Notes under the pieces: model-generated
What the model saw: the letters and a program-made list of their open reading frames with translations, nothing else
The model's database searches: none
Told to the model about the DNA's origin: nothing
NCBI GenBank assembly: GCA_035708165.1
Contig: DASSSZ010000005.1
Location: forward strand, 40,719-104,718
Direction of reading: 5' to 3'
DNA length: 64,000 nucleotides
Origin: Minisyncoccota bacterium
Lineage (GTDB): Bacteria; Patescibacteriota; Minisyncoccia; Phycocordibacterales; UBA2100
Made by a program: the position numbers and the translations under genes
Part shown: positions 18,172 to 27,685 of the stretch, in pieces
Layout of the letters: each line of letters starts with the position of its first letter
How positions within the stretch are numbered: the first letter of the stretch is position 1

Positions 18172-18918
18172 ATGGCAGTCACGATCGTCGCGAACTGGAA
18201 GATGCACCCGCAGACGAAGGCCGGCGCGAGGGTGCTGGTCTCGGCGACGAAGAAGGCAGCAAGGACCATCCGCGGGCTCTCGGTCATCATCGCGGCGCCC
18301 TCGATCTTCCTCGCCGAGGCGGCGAAGGGCCCTAAGAGCGCCAAGGTCGCTTTCGCGGCGCAGGATATCCACTTCGAGAAAGTCGGGGCATTCACCGGCG
18401 AGACGTCTGCGTGGCAGGCGAAGGATGTCGGCGCCGCCTATACGCTCATCGGCCACTCGGAGCGCCGCGCGATGGGGGAGACGGACGAAGACACGCGCAA
18501 GAAGGTCGCTGCTGCGCTCGCGGCAGGCCTCAAGCCCATCCTCTGCGTCGGCGAGAAGCACCGCGATAGCGAGGGCGAGTACCTCGCGGGCTTCAGCGCG
18601 CAGCTGATGACCGGGCTTGCCGATGTTCCCGCGAGCAAGCTGAAGGCAGTCTCGATCGCATACGAGCCGGTATGGGCTATCGGCGGCGAGAAGCCCATGT
18701 CGCCGAACCTCATGCATGAGACCTCGCTCTATATCCGCAAGGTGCTCTCCGAGCGCTTCGGCAAGGCGGCCCTGAGCGTGCCCATCCTCTACGGCGGCTC
18801 CATCACCGAGCAGACCGCGCGCGAGATGATGACGGAAGGCGAGGTGCAGGGCCTCCTCGTGGGCCACGTCTCCGTGGACCCGGTGCGCTTCGCGACCCTC
18901 CTTAAGAGCCTTGCCTGA
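18172..18918 (+). CDS. tpiA: triosephosphate isomerase
   Basis: VANWKMH and AYEPVWAIGGEKP motifs are present. An extended -10 TGcTACAAT lies 10 nt upstream, so the transcript is likely leaderless. The track ORF 17953.. is an in-frame extension. Confidence 0.9.
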   Translation: MAVTIVANWKMHPQTKAGARVLVSATKKAARTIRGLSVIIAAPSIFLAEAAKGPKSAKVAFAAQDIHFEKVGAFTGETSAWQAKDVGAAYTLIGHSERRAMGETDEDTRKKVAAALAAGLKPILCVGEKHRDSEGEYLAGFSAQLMTGLADVPASKLKAVSIAYEPVWAIGGEKPMSPNLMHETSLYIRKVLSERFGKAALSVPILYGGSITEQTAREMMTEGEVQGLLVGHVSVDPVRFATLLKSLA

Positions 18919-20044
18919 ACGTATGCGCGTACTGACTGATATCCCTGATGATGAGCTCAAAGGCAGGCGCGTGCTCGTGCGCGCCGGCCTCGATGTGCCG
19001 GTCGCTGACGGCAAGGTCGCCGGCGATTTCCGCGTCCAGTCGGCGGTGCCGACGCTGCGCTACCTCTCGGAGCGCGGCGCGAAGGTGATCGTTATCTCGC
19101 ACATCGGCCGCGACCCCAACGAATCCCTCGCGCCGGTCGCCGCGGCGCTCAATGGGCTCATTCCGCTCACGTTCGTGCCGAGTCTCCTCGACGAGACGGT
19201 GCGCCAGCAGCTCGACATCATGAACGACGGCGATATCGTCGTCCTCGAGAACCTGCGGCAGCACCAGGGCGAGACCGGGAACGACCCTGCCTTCGCGCAG
19301 AAGCTCGCCGCGTACGGAGACCTCTACGTGAACGACGCTTTTTCCGTATGTCATCGCGAGCACGCCTCGATCGTGCAGCTCCCGAAGCTCCTGCCGGCAG
19401 CGGCCGGGATCGAGGTTGCGGCAGAAGTCGCGCACCTTGCCGAGGCGCTCGCGCCGCAGGCGCCTTCGCTGTGCATCCTCGCAGGCGCCAAGTTCGAGAC
19501 GAAAGAGCCGCTGATCAGGAAGCTTCTCGGCTCGTACGACCATGTGTTCGTGGGCGGTGCCTTGGCCAACGATATCTTCAAGGCACGCGGTCTCGAGGTG
19601 GGCCGCTCGAAGATCTCCGACGGCGTTCCCTCGGCGGACGTGCTCGGGAATCCGAAGCTCATCGCGCCGGCAGACGTCTCGCTCACGCATGCCGACGGAT
19701 CGGCTGCGATTGCGGCTGCCGACGCGATCGGCGCCGATGATATGGTGATGGACATGGGCCCGCAGACGCTCGAGGAGCTGAAACCCCTGATCGGCGGGGC
19801 GAAGATGATCCTTTGGAACGGCCCGACAGGCATCTACGAGAAAGGGTACGAGCACTTCTCGATCGAACTCGCGAAGCTTATAGCCGATTCGAGCGGCCAC
19901 TCGGTGGTTGGCGGCGGCGACACGGTGACGGCGATCGCGCACGCCGGCCTCATGGACAGGTTCACGTTCGTCTCGACGGGCGGCGGCGCGATGCTGGAAT
20001 ATCTCCTCAACGGGACGCTCCCCGGAATCGACGCGCTGCGATAA
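18911..20044 (+). CDS. pgk: phosphoglycerate kinase
   Basis: VRAGLDVP...ISHIGRDP N-terminal domain and PGK C-terminal motifs are present. It overlaps tpiA by 8 nt. Confidence 0.95.
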   Translation: MPERMRVLTDIPDDELKGRRVLVRAGLDVPVADGKVAGDFRVQSAVPTLRYLSERGAKVIVISHIGRDPNESLAPVAAALNGLIPLTFVPSLLDETVRQQLDIMNDGDIVVLENLRQHQGETGNDPAFAQKLAAYGDLYVNDAFSVCHREHASIVQLPKLLPAAAGIEVAAEVAHLAEALAPQAPSLCILAGAKFETKEPLIRKLLGSYDHVFVGGALANDIFKARGLEVGRSKISDGVPSADVLGNPKLIAPADVSLTHADGSAAIAAADAIGADDMVMDMGPQTLEELKPLIGGAKMILWNGPTGIYEKGYEHFSIELAKLIADSSGHSVVGGGDTVTAIAHAGLMDRFTFVSTGGGAMLEYLLNGTLPGIDALR

Positions 20045-20052
20045 GCACGAGG

Positions 20053-20472
20053 CTACGCCGTTTTCTGCACCTCGTGCAGGATGTTCGCTTGCACGGACGC
20101 CGCTTCGCCGTCCGCGTACTGATGCTGCGGCCAGAGATGGAGACCGTCGCCTTTCTGCCGGGGGATGATGTGCACGTGCGGATGATCGATCACCTGGCCG
20201 GCCGTCTCGCGGTTATTCATCATGAGGTTGACGCCGGACGCGCCGAGCGCGCGCTCGATCGGGCCTGCGATCGCGCGCACCGTCTCGCAGACAGCAGCCC
20301 AGTCATCGGCGCTGATATCGAAGATGTTCGTCGCGTGCGCTTTCGGGATCACGAGGGTATGGCCCGGGTTCACCGGGTTGATATCGAGGAAGGCGAGCGT
20401 CCGCTCGTCCTCGTAGATCGTGAACGAAGGAAGCTCGCCCTTCGCGATCTTGCAGAACAGGCACTCAGGCAT
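20053..20472 (-). CDS. HIT-family hydrolase (histidine triad)
   Basis: HPHVHIIPR (HxHxHxx) motif in a 139-aa protein. Confidence 0.85.
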   Translation of the reverse strand: MPECLFCKIAKGELPSFTIYEDERTLAFLDINPVNPGHTLVIPKAHATNIFDISADDWAAVCETVRAIAGPIERALGASGVNLMMNNRETAGQVIDHPHVHIIPRQKGDGLHLWPQHQYADGEAASVQANILHEVQKTA

Positions 20473-20516
20473 GCGTCCAGTATAGCCTGCCTGCCGCGAG
20501 TGCTACAATCCGCCGT

Positions 20517-22226
20517 ATGAGTACGGCAGCTCCTGCGCGCGACCCCCTGATCAGGGAACTCCTCAAGGCGCGAGGGCTCGAGTCGGAGGAAGCGATCGAG
20601 CGATTCCTCAATCCGTCCTACGATGACGAGCTGCACGACCCGTTCCTCATGCGCGGCATGGAGGCGGCAGTCGAGCGTGTGCTCGCCGCGATGGAGAAGG
20701 GCGAGCGCATCGCCGTCTACGCCGATTTCGATTGCGACGGCGTGCCGGGCGCGGCAGTGCTGCTGCAGCTGTTCCAGCGGCTCGAGTACGATGCAGTCGA
20801 ATCGTACATCCCGCACCGCCATCACGAAGGCTACGGCCTGCATATCCCGGCACTCGACACGCTGAAGGAGCGCGGCGTCTCACTGGTGATCACGGTCGAC
20901 CTCGGCACGACCGCGATCGAGCCCGTCGCGCACGCCCGCGCGCTCGGCATCGACGTCATCGTCACCGACCACCACGAGCCGCCTGCGGAGCTCCCTGCGG
21001 CGCTCGCGATCCTTAATCCGAAGTTCGCGCCCTACCCCGACCCGAACCTCTGCGGCGCCGCGACCGCTTGGAAGCTCGCGTGCGCCATCCTTGCGAAAGG
21101 GAAGGAGCGCGGCCTCTCTGCATTCGCATCCGTGAACGAGGGCTGGGAGAAATGGCTGCTGGACCTCGTCGGCATCGCGACGATCGCCGACATGGTGCCG
21201 CTCGTGGGCGAGAACCGCGTGCTCGCGCGCTACGGCCTCATGGTGCTTCGGAAGACCCCGCGGCCCGGCATCGGCGCCTTGATGCGAGAGCTCTCTGCCG
21301 ACCAGCGCGAGCTCACCGAAGACGACATCGGCTTCCTCATCGGGCCGCGCATCAATGCCGCCTCGCGCATGGATGAGCCCGAGCTTGCGCTGCGGCTCCT
21401 CGCGACGCGGCATCCGGGCGAGGCGGCCGGTCTCGCGAAGCAGCTCGAGGGGCTCAATAAGAAGCGCAAAGGCGTCGTCGCGGCGATGACGCGCGAGATC
21501 AATAAGCGCCTGCGCGAACGCGAGATGCACGGCGCGGTGACGGTCCTCGGCGACCCGGAGTGGAAGCCGGCGCTCCTCGGGCTTGCCGCCAACGGCGCCT
21601 TGGAGACCGCGGGCGGCGTCGTGTGTGTCTGGGGGCGTGACGGCGCAGGGAACATCAAGGGGTCGTGCCGGTCGGATGGCAGCATCTCGGTGGTCGAGCT
21701 CTTCCGCGCGGCGGACGACATCCTCACGGAGTACGGCGGCCACCACGCAGCCGGCGGCTTCTCGGTGCCGCACGATGCGATCCATACGCTCGAGGAGGAG
21801 TTCGCACGGCGCGTTGCCGCGTTGCCGCGCGAGGAGCTCTCCCGGGCGATGACGGCGTACGCGGTGCCGCTTGCGCGCGTAGGGCAGGCGTTCTATGACG
21901 CGCTCGCGCAATTCGCGCCGTTCGGCATCGGCAATGAGAAGCCGCTGCTCGCGTTCTCGAATGTCACGATCGCTGCCATACGGCAATTCGGGAAGGCGCA
22001 TGAGCACCTCGAGCTCACGCTCGAGCAGGACGGCGCGCGCAGGAAGGCGGTGAAGTTCTTCGCGAAGCCTGCGGAGTTCTCGCTCGCCCCATCCGCAGGG
22101 GGAGTCGCCACCATCCTCGGAGAACTCGAGCGATCCGTCTTTCGCGGCTCTGTTGAGCTCCGATTGCGGCTCGTGGATATCGTCTCGCCCGGGGCACCCT
22201 GCCGTGCTACCATCGTTTCCATATGA
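20517..22226 (+). CDS. recJ: single-stranded-DNA-specific exonuclease RecJ (DHH/DHHA1)
   Basis: DHH motifs VYADFDCDGV, ITVDLG and VIVTDHHEPP are present. Length is 569 aa. Confidence 0.9.
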   Translation: MSTAAPARDPLIRELLKARGLESEEAIERFLNPSYDDELHDPFLMRGMEAAVERVLAAMEKGERIAVYADFDCDGVPGAAVLLQLFQRLEYDAVESYIPHRHHEGYGLHIPALDTLKERGVSLVITVDLGTTAIEPVAHARALGIDVIVTDHHEPPAELPAALAILNPKFAPYPDPNLCGAATAWKLACAILAKGKERGLSAFASVNEGWEKWLLDLVGIATIADMVPLVGENRVLARYGLMVLRKTPRPGIGALMRELSADQRELTEDDIGFLIGPRINAASRMDEPELALRLLATRHPGEAAGLAKQLEGLNKKRKGVVAAMTREINKRLREREMHGAVTVLGDPEWKPALLGLAANGALETAGGVVCVWGRDGAGNIKGSCRSDGSISVVELFRAADDILTEYGGHHAAGGFSVPHDAIHTLEEEFARRVAALPREELSRAMTAYAVPLARVGQAFYDALAQFAPFGIGNEKPLLAFSNVTIAAIRQFGKAHEHLELTLEQDGARRKAVKFFAKPAEFSLAPSAGGVATILGELERSVFRGSVELRLRLVDIVSPGAPCRATIVSI

Positions 22227-22903
22227 GCAATACATTCTCGGTAAAGGAGTGCATCGCGTTCGGCTGGAACCGGTTCAAGGAACGGCCCGGGCTCTTCGTC
22301 GCGGTGACGTTCGTCCTGGTGTGGCTGCCTGCCATTATCAATAATCTCGTGCGTGCGCCGCAGGACGCCTCGTCAGTCGTGGCGGCGCTCGCGGGGATCA
22401 TCGGGATCGTCATGACGATCGTCGGCATCTATATCAGCATGGGGCTGATCACGTTCGCGCTCGCAGTGCACGAGAATGCGCACGAAGCCGGCTGGAAGGA
22501 TGCATGGGCGCCGCATCCGTTCTGGAAATTCCTCCTGACGGAGATCATGCTCGCGATCGTCGTCATCATCGGCTTCATCCTGCTCATCGTGCCGGGCATC
22601 ATCCTCTCGCTCGGGCTTTCCTTCGTGCAATACCTGGTCATGGATCGCGGGATCGGCTACCTCGATGCGATGAAGGAGAGCTGGCGGATCACGAAGGGGC
22701 ATAAGTGGCAGCTGCTCGGCCTTTTCATCCTGCTGTGCCTCATCAATATCCTCGGATTCGTCTGCCTCATCGTGGGCACGCTCGTGACGATCCCGCTCAC
22801 GTGGTTCGCGATGGCGCACGCCTACCGCGTGCTCGAGCACCAGGCGCACGAGATCGAGACGGTCCCGGCTGCAGCCGAGCCGCAGGCAGGAGCGGCGGCC
22901 TAG
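22223..22903 (+). CDS. integral membrane protein (DUF975-like topology), unknown function
   Basis: 226-aa protein with 4-5 TM helices. It overlaps recJ by 4 nt. Confidence 0.5.
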   Translation: MSNTFSVKECIAFGWNRFKERPGLFVAVTFVLVWLPAIINNLVRAPQDASSVVAALAGIIGIVMTIVGIYISMGLITFALAVHENAHEAGWKDAWAPHPFWKFLLTEIMLAIVVIIGFILLIVPGIILSLGLSFVQYLVMDRGIGYLDAMKESWRITKGHKWQLLGLFILLCLINILGFVCLIVGTLVTIPLTWFAMAHAYRVLEHQAHEIETVPAAAEPQAGAAA

Positions 22904-22905
22904 GC

Positions 22906-23325
22906 ATGGCTGCGATCACGATCAATACCGATGGCGGCGCCCGGGGGAACCCCGGGCCTGCGGCCGCCGGTGCCGTGATCCGCGATGGCGACATCACGAT
23001 CGCGCAGGTATCGTCCTATCTCGGCGAGCGCACGAACAACTGGGCGGAGTACGAGGCGCTCATCCGCGGGATCGAGGCCGCGAAAGAAGCGCTCGGGGAG
23101 CGCCTCGGCGAGGAGCCGGTGGAGATCCGGATGGATAGCGAGCTCATCGTGAAGCAGATGCGCGGCGAGTACAAGGTGAAGGATGCGGCGCTGCGCGATC
23201 AGCACATGCGCGTGCGTACGCTTCTCGAGTCCATCCCGAACGCGACGTTCGTGCACGTGCCGCGCGCGCAGAACGCGGAGGCGGATGCCTTGGTCAACGA
23301 GGCGCTCGACGCCGCGCTCCTGTAA
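22906..23325 (+). CDS. rnhA: ribonuclease HI
   Basis: TDGGARGNPGPAAAGAV ... NWAEYEALIRGIE ... ADALVNEA catalytic-residue pattern. The ATG lies 3 nt after the upstream stop. The track ORF 22705.. is an extension. Confidence 0.8.
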   Translation: MAAITINTDGGARGNPGPAAAGAVIRDGDITIAQVSSYLGERTNNWAEYEALIRGIEAAKEALGERLGEEPVEIRMDSELIVKQMRGEYKVKDAALRDQHMRVRTLLESIPNATFVHVPRAQNAEADALVNEALDAALL

Positions 23326-23416
23326 GTTCATGCAGGGCTCAGGCGTCCGCAGTAGCCTATCCCCGGCATGACCCGATTCTCCATTCCATCAATCAACGTA
23401 ACGCAGCTGAAATCGT

Positions 23417-23743
23417 ATGACTGAAACAACTGAACGCAAGGTCTACCCCGGCATCGGCGGGTTCGTCGAGTTCATCCGCGAGCAAGGCGTCGTCGGGCTC
23501 GCGATCGGCTTCATCCTCGGCGGCGCGGTCAATACTGTCGTGCAGTCGCTCGTGAACAGCATCATCAATCCGCTCATCACTCTCGGCTTCGGCAGCATCA
23601 AGACGCTTTCGGCGTGGTCGGTCGGGCCGGTGGGCGTGGGTGCGTTCCTCTCCGCCCTCATCAATCTCATCATCATGGCCGCGGTGGTGTACTTCATCTT
23701 CAAAGGCTTGGGGCTCGACCACCTCGATAAGCCGAAGAAGTGA
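23417..23743 (+). CDS. mscL: large-conductance mechanosensitive channel
   Basis: FIREQGVVGLAIGFILGGAVNTVVQSLVNSIINPLI matches the MscL TM1 signature. Length is 108 aa. Confidence 0.85.
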   Translation: MTETTERKVYPGIGGFVEFIREQGVVGLAIGFILGGAVNTVVQSLVNSIINPLITLGFGSIKTLSAWSVGPVGVGAFLSALINLIIMAAVVYFIFKGLGLDHLDKPKK

Positions 23744-25368
23744 TGGACGAGGGCTTCGCGCGCGCCCCGGAGCGCGCGGGCAGGGAAGCAGCAGCGGTGT
23801 ACGGCGTGAGCGCGGCCATCCTGGCGGGGGTCGCGCTCCGTTCATTCGTGCCGTTCGGCGGGCCGGTCATGGCATGCGTGCTGCTTGCGGCTGGCTGCCT
23901 CGTGCTCGCATCCCTTGCCGCGCGCCGTAGAGCGTGGATGACGCTTGCGGCGGTTTTCCTCATCGCGCTCTCGCTGGGCATGTGGCGGATGGATGCGGCG
24001 TCGCATCTCTCCGATCCCGCCCTCGACCGCGCCCTCGGGCAGCAGGTGGCGCTCGAAGGGGTGATCAGCGCCGATGCCGACCGGCGCGAATCCTCGACCC
24101 TGCTCTCCGTGAGGGCGGACGCGCTCGTCATGGGAGGCGCGACAACGAGCATCTCAGCGACCGTACTCGCTGTCGCCGATCCCTACGCGCAGGGGGCGTA
24201 CGGGGACCGGGTCCGGATCGAAGGGCAGCTCGCCTTGCCGGAAGCGTTCGATACGGACACCGGCCGCCAGTTCGACTACCCCGGCTACCTCGCGGCGCAG
24301 GGGATCGCGTACGAGGTGATGGGCCCGGCGATAACGGTCATCTCGCATGGGCATGGCAATGGCATCATGGCCTGGCTGCTCGCGCTCAAGCATGGGTATC
24401 TCAGCGGGCTCACGCGCGCGCTGCCGTTGCCAGAGTCGGCGCTTGCGGGCGGCATCACGGCAGGGGACAAGCGCGCGCTCGGGAAGGAGCTGTTAGCTGA
24501 TTTCCGCACTGCCGGCATCGTGCACATCGTCGTCCTCTCGGGGTACAACGTGACGATCATCGCCGAGAGCGTGATGGCGATTCTCGGCTTCCTGCCGCGC
24601 GCGTTCGGCATCACGGCGGGCGCGCTCGGGATCGCGGCATTCGCCGCGATGACAGGCGGCAGCGCCTCGATCGTGCGCGCGAGCATCATGGCCGTGCTCG
24701 CGCTTGTCGCGCAGGCCATCCGCCGGCCGTATGCGATCCTGCGTGCGCTCGTGCTCACCGTAGTCGGCATGGTGCTCTGGAATCCGTTCATCCTCATCCA
24801 TGACCCGGGATTCCAGCTTTCGGTCATCGCGACGCTCGGCCTCATCTTCGTGACGCCGCTCCTCGTCGAACGCATGGGATGGCTCACGGAGCGCTTCGGC
24901 ATCCGCGAGATCGTCGGCGCGACGCTCGGGACGCAGCTCTCGGTGCTGCCGCTCCTCCTCTGGCAGATGGGGACCTTGAGCCTCGTCGCGCTGCCGGTCA
25001 ACGTCCTGGTCCTCGCGGTCGTGCCGGCGGCGATGCTGCTCTCGGCGCTCGCCGCGCTCGCAGGGATCCTGCTGCCGTGGCTCGCGCCGATGCTCGGGCT
25101 GCCGGCGTATGTGCTCCTTGCGTACATGCTCGCGATCGTGCACGCGAGCGTATCCGTGCCGTTCGCCGCGCTCGCGGTACCGCCATTCCCGGCTCCCGTC
25201 ATGCTGCTCTCCTACGCAGGGCTGATCGCGCTTCTCGTAGCGGTGCATCGTAAAAGGATCGCGGCCGCTTCCGTGAAAGAAGCGGCCGCGGCGCTATCCG
25301 GCGATCTTCTGACCGGGCTGTCGCCCGTGACTACCGGTGCGGAGACGGGCGGCGAGGCACAAGCGTGA
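23740..25368 (+). CDS. comEC: ComEC/Rec2 DNA-internalisation channel, membrane (DUF4131 + competence) domains only
   Basis: A multi-TM protein with VHIVVLSGYNVTIIAES...GGSASIVRASIMAVLALVA, the competence-domain signature. No MBL domain is present in this ORF. Confidence 0.85.
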   Translation: MMDEGFARAPERAGREAAAVYGVSAAILAGVALRSFVPFGGPVMACVLLAAGCLVLASLAARRRAWMTLAAVFLIALSLGMWRMDAASHLSDPALDRALGQQVALEGVISADADRRESSTLLSVRADALVMGGATTSISATVLAVADPYAQGAYGDRVRIEGQLALPEAFDTDTGRQFDYPGYLAAQGIAYEVMGPAITVISHGHGNGIMAWLLALKHGYLSGLTRALPLPESALAGGITAGDKRALGKELLADFRTAGIVHIVVLSGYNVTIIAESVMAILGFLPRAFGITAGALGIAAFAAMTGGSASIVRASIMAVLALVAQAIRRPYAILRALVLTVVGMVLWNPFILIHDPGFQLSVIATLGLIFVTPLLVERMGWLTERFGIREIVGATLGTQLSVLPLLLWQMGTLSLVALPVNVLVLAVVPAAMLLSALAALAGILLPWLAPMLGLPAYVLLAYMLAIVHASVSVPFAALAVPPFPAPVMLLSYAGLIALLVAVHRKRIAAASVKEAAAALSGDLLTGLSPVTTGAETGGEAQA

Positions 25369-25618
25369 GTTCCGCGAAGCGCTTCGAGAGCGCCGAGAAC
25401 AAGCGGCCCCACGGCGAGGCGGCCTCGTCATCGAGCGCTGGTCCTTGCACGATGCAGAACGTCGCGTGAATCTCGCGCAGCAAGGCGACATCCGTGATCT
25501 CGGGGACGATAACGACGAAGCACTCGGCGAGGAAGCGCCCCACGGCTGCCTGGCTGTGCGCATCGAGCGCCCGCGCGCGCTTGCAGATCAAGGCGAGGTG
25601 CGCTGAATCAGGATTCAT
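25331..25618 (-). CDS. hypothetical protein (95 aa)
   Basis: Strong RBS AAGGAGGT lies 7 nt upstream of ATG (MNPDSAHL...). Its 3' end overlaps the comEC 3' end convergently. Confidence 0.4.
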   Translation of the reverse strand: MNPDSAHLALICKRARALDAHSQAAVGRFLAECFVVIVPEITDVALLREIHATFCIVQGPALDDEAASPWGRLFSALSKRFAELTLVPRRPSPHR

Positions 25619-25690
25619 TCCTACCTCCTTCGAAAGGACTTGCGACACTATATGCATTCGGGAGGGAAAAGGGAAGCGGGGCTCCGGACG

Positions 25691-26296
25691 CTAAGCCTCG
25701 GCAGTGGCTGCGGCGAACCGATCTTCGATGACGCGCCAATTGAGATTCCGGAGGAATGCCTCGATATGCGTTCCTTTCTCGGCCGGCAGGTAGTCGACCA
25801 TGTAGGAATGCTCCCACATGTCCATCGCGAGCAGGATCTCCACGTCGGCGAGCATGCCGAGCTCGTGATCGGTCGTCCACCACACGTGCGGCGTGCCGCC
25901 CTTCTGGTCCCATGCGAGCGTGCACCAGCCGCTGCCGCGGCTCATGCCGACCTTCGTGAAGTGCGCGATGAACCCATCCCACGAGCCGTACTTCTCCGAA
26001 AGCGCATTCCCGAGGGCGCTCTCGCGGGGCGCCTCGGTGGCGCCGCCTTCCCACTGCGGGAAGTAGAACTCATGCATGCGCATGCCGTTGAACTCGAAGC
26101 CGAGCCTGCGGCGGACCGATTCGATCGCGAACGCATACTTCTCCGGATCTTCTGCGGTAAGGTCGGCGATCTGCGAGCGCAGGAGGTTGATCTGCTTCAC
26201 GTAGCCTTGGTAGAGGCCGAGGTGCACCTCGATCTGCTTGTCGGAGATACCCTCGAGGGAGGGGATATCGAACGTACGCGCTTCGTATGTATGCAT
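25691..26296 (-). CDS. sodA: Fe/Mn superoxide dismutase
   Basis: DMWEHSYMVDY and metal-ligand His/Asp pattern are present. Length is 201 aa. Confidence 0.95.
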   Translation of the reverse strand: MHTYEARTFDIPSLEGISDKQIEVHLGLYQGYVKQINLLRSQIADLTAEDPEKYAFAIESVRRRLGFEFNGMRMHEFYFPQWEGGATEAPRESALGNALSEKYGSWDGFIAHFTKVGMSRGSGWCTLAWDQKGGTPHVWWTTDHELGMLADVEILLAMDMWEHSYMVDYLPAEKGTHIEAFLRNLNWRVIEDRFAAATAEA

Positions 26297-26377
26297 AAGT
26301 GTACGGGCTAGGGATGCTATGCGTGCAGTATACCTCGCAAAGAAATGACCCGGAGGTGAACTCCGGGCCGTCTCGTT

Positions 26378-26653
26378 TCAGAATCGGATCTGGTGCGGCG
26401 CGAGCTTGCGCTTGCGGAACCGTGCGTCCCACCAGCCGGTCTTCCTGTGCGGATCGTCTTCGGGATGCTGCTGCATCCTCGCGTCGTATCCGGCACGGTA
26501 GGCCGGGTCGTCCGATTGCGGCGGCATGCGCTCGCGGGCATCGTAGTAGCCGAGATCCCGCTTGGTCGTATCGTCTACCGGCTCGGCGAGATGCGCGAAC
26601 CGGCGATCGGGTTCTATGCGGGGCGTGAACGGGTCCTGTACGTTGTTGTACAT
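26378..26653 (-). CDS. small low-complexity D/R/P-rich protein
   Basis: ATG (MYNNVQDPF...) is preceded by GGGAGA RBS. It is divergent from the downstream ComEC-MBL gene. Confidence 0.4.
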   Translation of the reverse strand: MYNNVQDPFTPRIEPDRRFAHLAEPVDDTTKRDLGYYDARERMPPQSDDPAYRAGYDARMQQHPEDDPHRKTGWWDARFRKRKLAPHQIRF

Positions 26654-26697
26654 CAGACATCTCCCATGACTCTGTCCCGATACTAGCGGGCGCGGCA

Positions 26698-27612
26698 ATG
26701 AAGCGCAAGCCAAGGGCTATACTCAGGGCAATGGTCCAGAATGGCGCGCGGAGCATGCGGCTGCTCCTTCTTACGCTTTTCCTGCTCGCGCTCGCTGCCG
26801 GCCTCATCTGGTACCTGGCATGGCCGTCGTTTCAGCCGCGGCGCCTCACTGTCGCGTTCCTCGACGTGGGGCAGGGCGACGCGATCCTCATCGAATCGCC
26901 TACAGGCACGACGGTGCTCGTGGATGGCGGCCCCGGCAACGCGGTGCTCGGACGCCTGCCGGAGGTCATGCCATGGTGGGATCGCTCGATCGACATGATC
27001 GTGCCGACGCACCCGGATGCCGATCACATCGCGGGCCTCATCGGCGTGCTCGGGCGCTACCGGGTCGGCCGCGTGCTGCAATCGAGCGTCGAGGGGAGCA
27101 CTGCTACCTGGCGCGCGCTCGAGTCTGCGATCGCTGCCGATCACGTGCCGACGATGATCGCGACGCGCGGGCAGGTCTTCGATCTCGGCGGGGGCGCGTC
27201 CCTCGAGGTGCTCTTCCCGGATCGCCTGCTCCCGCATACCGAGACGAACACCGCGAGCATCGTTGCGCGGCTCGTCTACGGCAGCACGTCGTTCCTCCTG
27301 ACGGGCGATTCGCCGCAGCCGATCGAGGACTACCTTGTCTCGCTCGACGCGGACGATGGGATGCTCGCGAGCACGATCCTGAAGGCCGGCCACCACGGGT
27401 CCGCGCACTCATCCTCCCCGCTCTATGTGGGAACGGTTGATCCGCAGGCGGTCGTCTACTCGCGCGGCTGCAAGAATACGTACGGCTTCCCGGCCAGCGC
27501 GACGGTCGCGACATTCGAGCGCTTCGGCATCCCTGCGCATGACACGTGCGAGGAGGGGACGCTCGTCTTCTCCTCGGATGGAACGACGGTCTCGCTCCGC
27601 ACGCTGCGCTAG
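26698..27612 (+). CDS. ComEC-type metallo-beta-lactamase domain protein (stand-alone, N-terminal TM anchor)
   Basis: Motifs LDVGQGDAILIESP...VDGGP, PTHPDADHIAGL and GHHGS match the ComEC C-terminal MBL domain. It is encoded separately, 1.3 kb from comEC. Confidence 0.75.
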   Translation: MKRKPRAILRAMVQNGARSMRLLLLTLFLLALAAGLIWYLAWPSFQPRRLTVAFLDVGQGDAILIESPTGTTVLVDGGPGNAVLGRLPEVMPWWDRSIDMIVPTHPDADHIAGLIGVLGRYRVGRVLQSSVEGSTATWRALESAIAADHVPTMIATRGQVFDLGGGASLEVLFPDRLLPHTETNTASIVARLVYGSTSFLLTGDSPQPIEDYLVSLDADDGMLASTILKAGHHGSAHSSSPLYVGTVDPQAVVYSRGCKNTYGFPASATVATFERFGIPAHDTCEEGTLVFSSDGTTVSLRTLR

Positions 27613-27618
27613 CTTCAC

Positions 27619-27647
27619 TTGATTTTCAAAAATACATATTGTATAAT
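27619..27647 (+). promoter_or_regulatory. sigma70-like promoter TTGATT-17bp-TATAAT, followed by AGGAGG RBS at ~27673
   Basis: Direct reading. Perfect -10, good -35 and 17-bp spacer, upstream of 27686 ORF. Confidence 0.6.
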
Positions 27648-27685
27648 GCAGACCGGTTCAAGCACGCGCACTCAGGAGGGAATCC

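Noticed and set aside
18058-19942. Minus-strand ORFs 18058..19014 and 18902..19942 over tpiA/pgk
   Set aside because: Shadow ORFs opposite highly conserved glycolytic genes.
20880-22235. 451-aa minus-strand ORF over recJ
   Set aside because: Antisense to DHH-motif-bearing recJ.
24285-25248. Minus-strand ORFs over comEC
   Set aside because: Antisense to a multi-TM ComEC frame.
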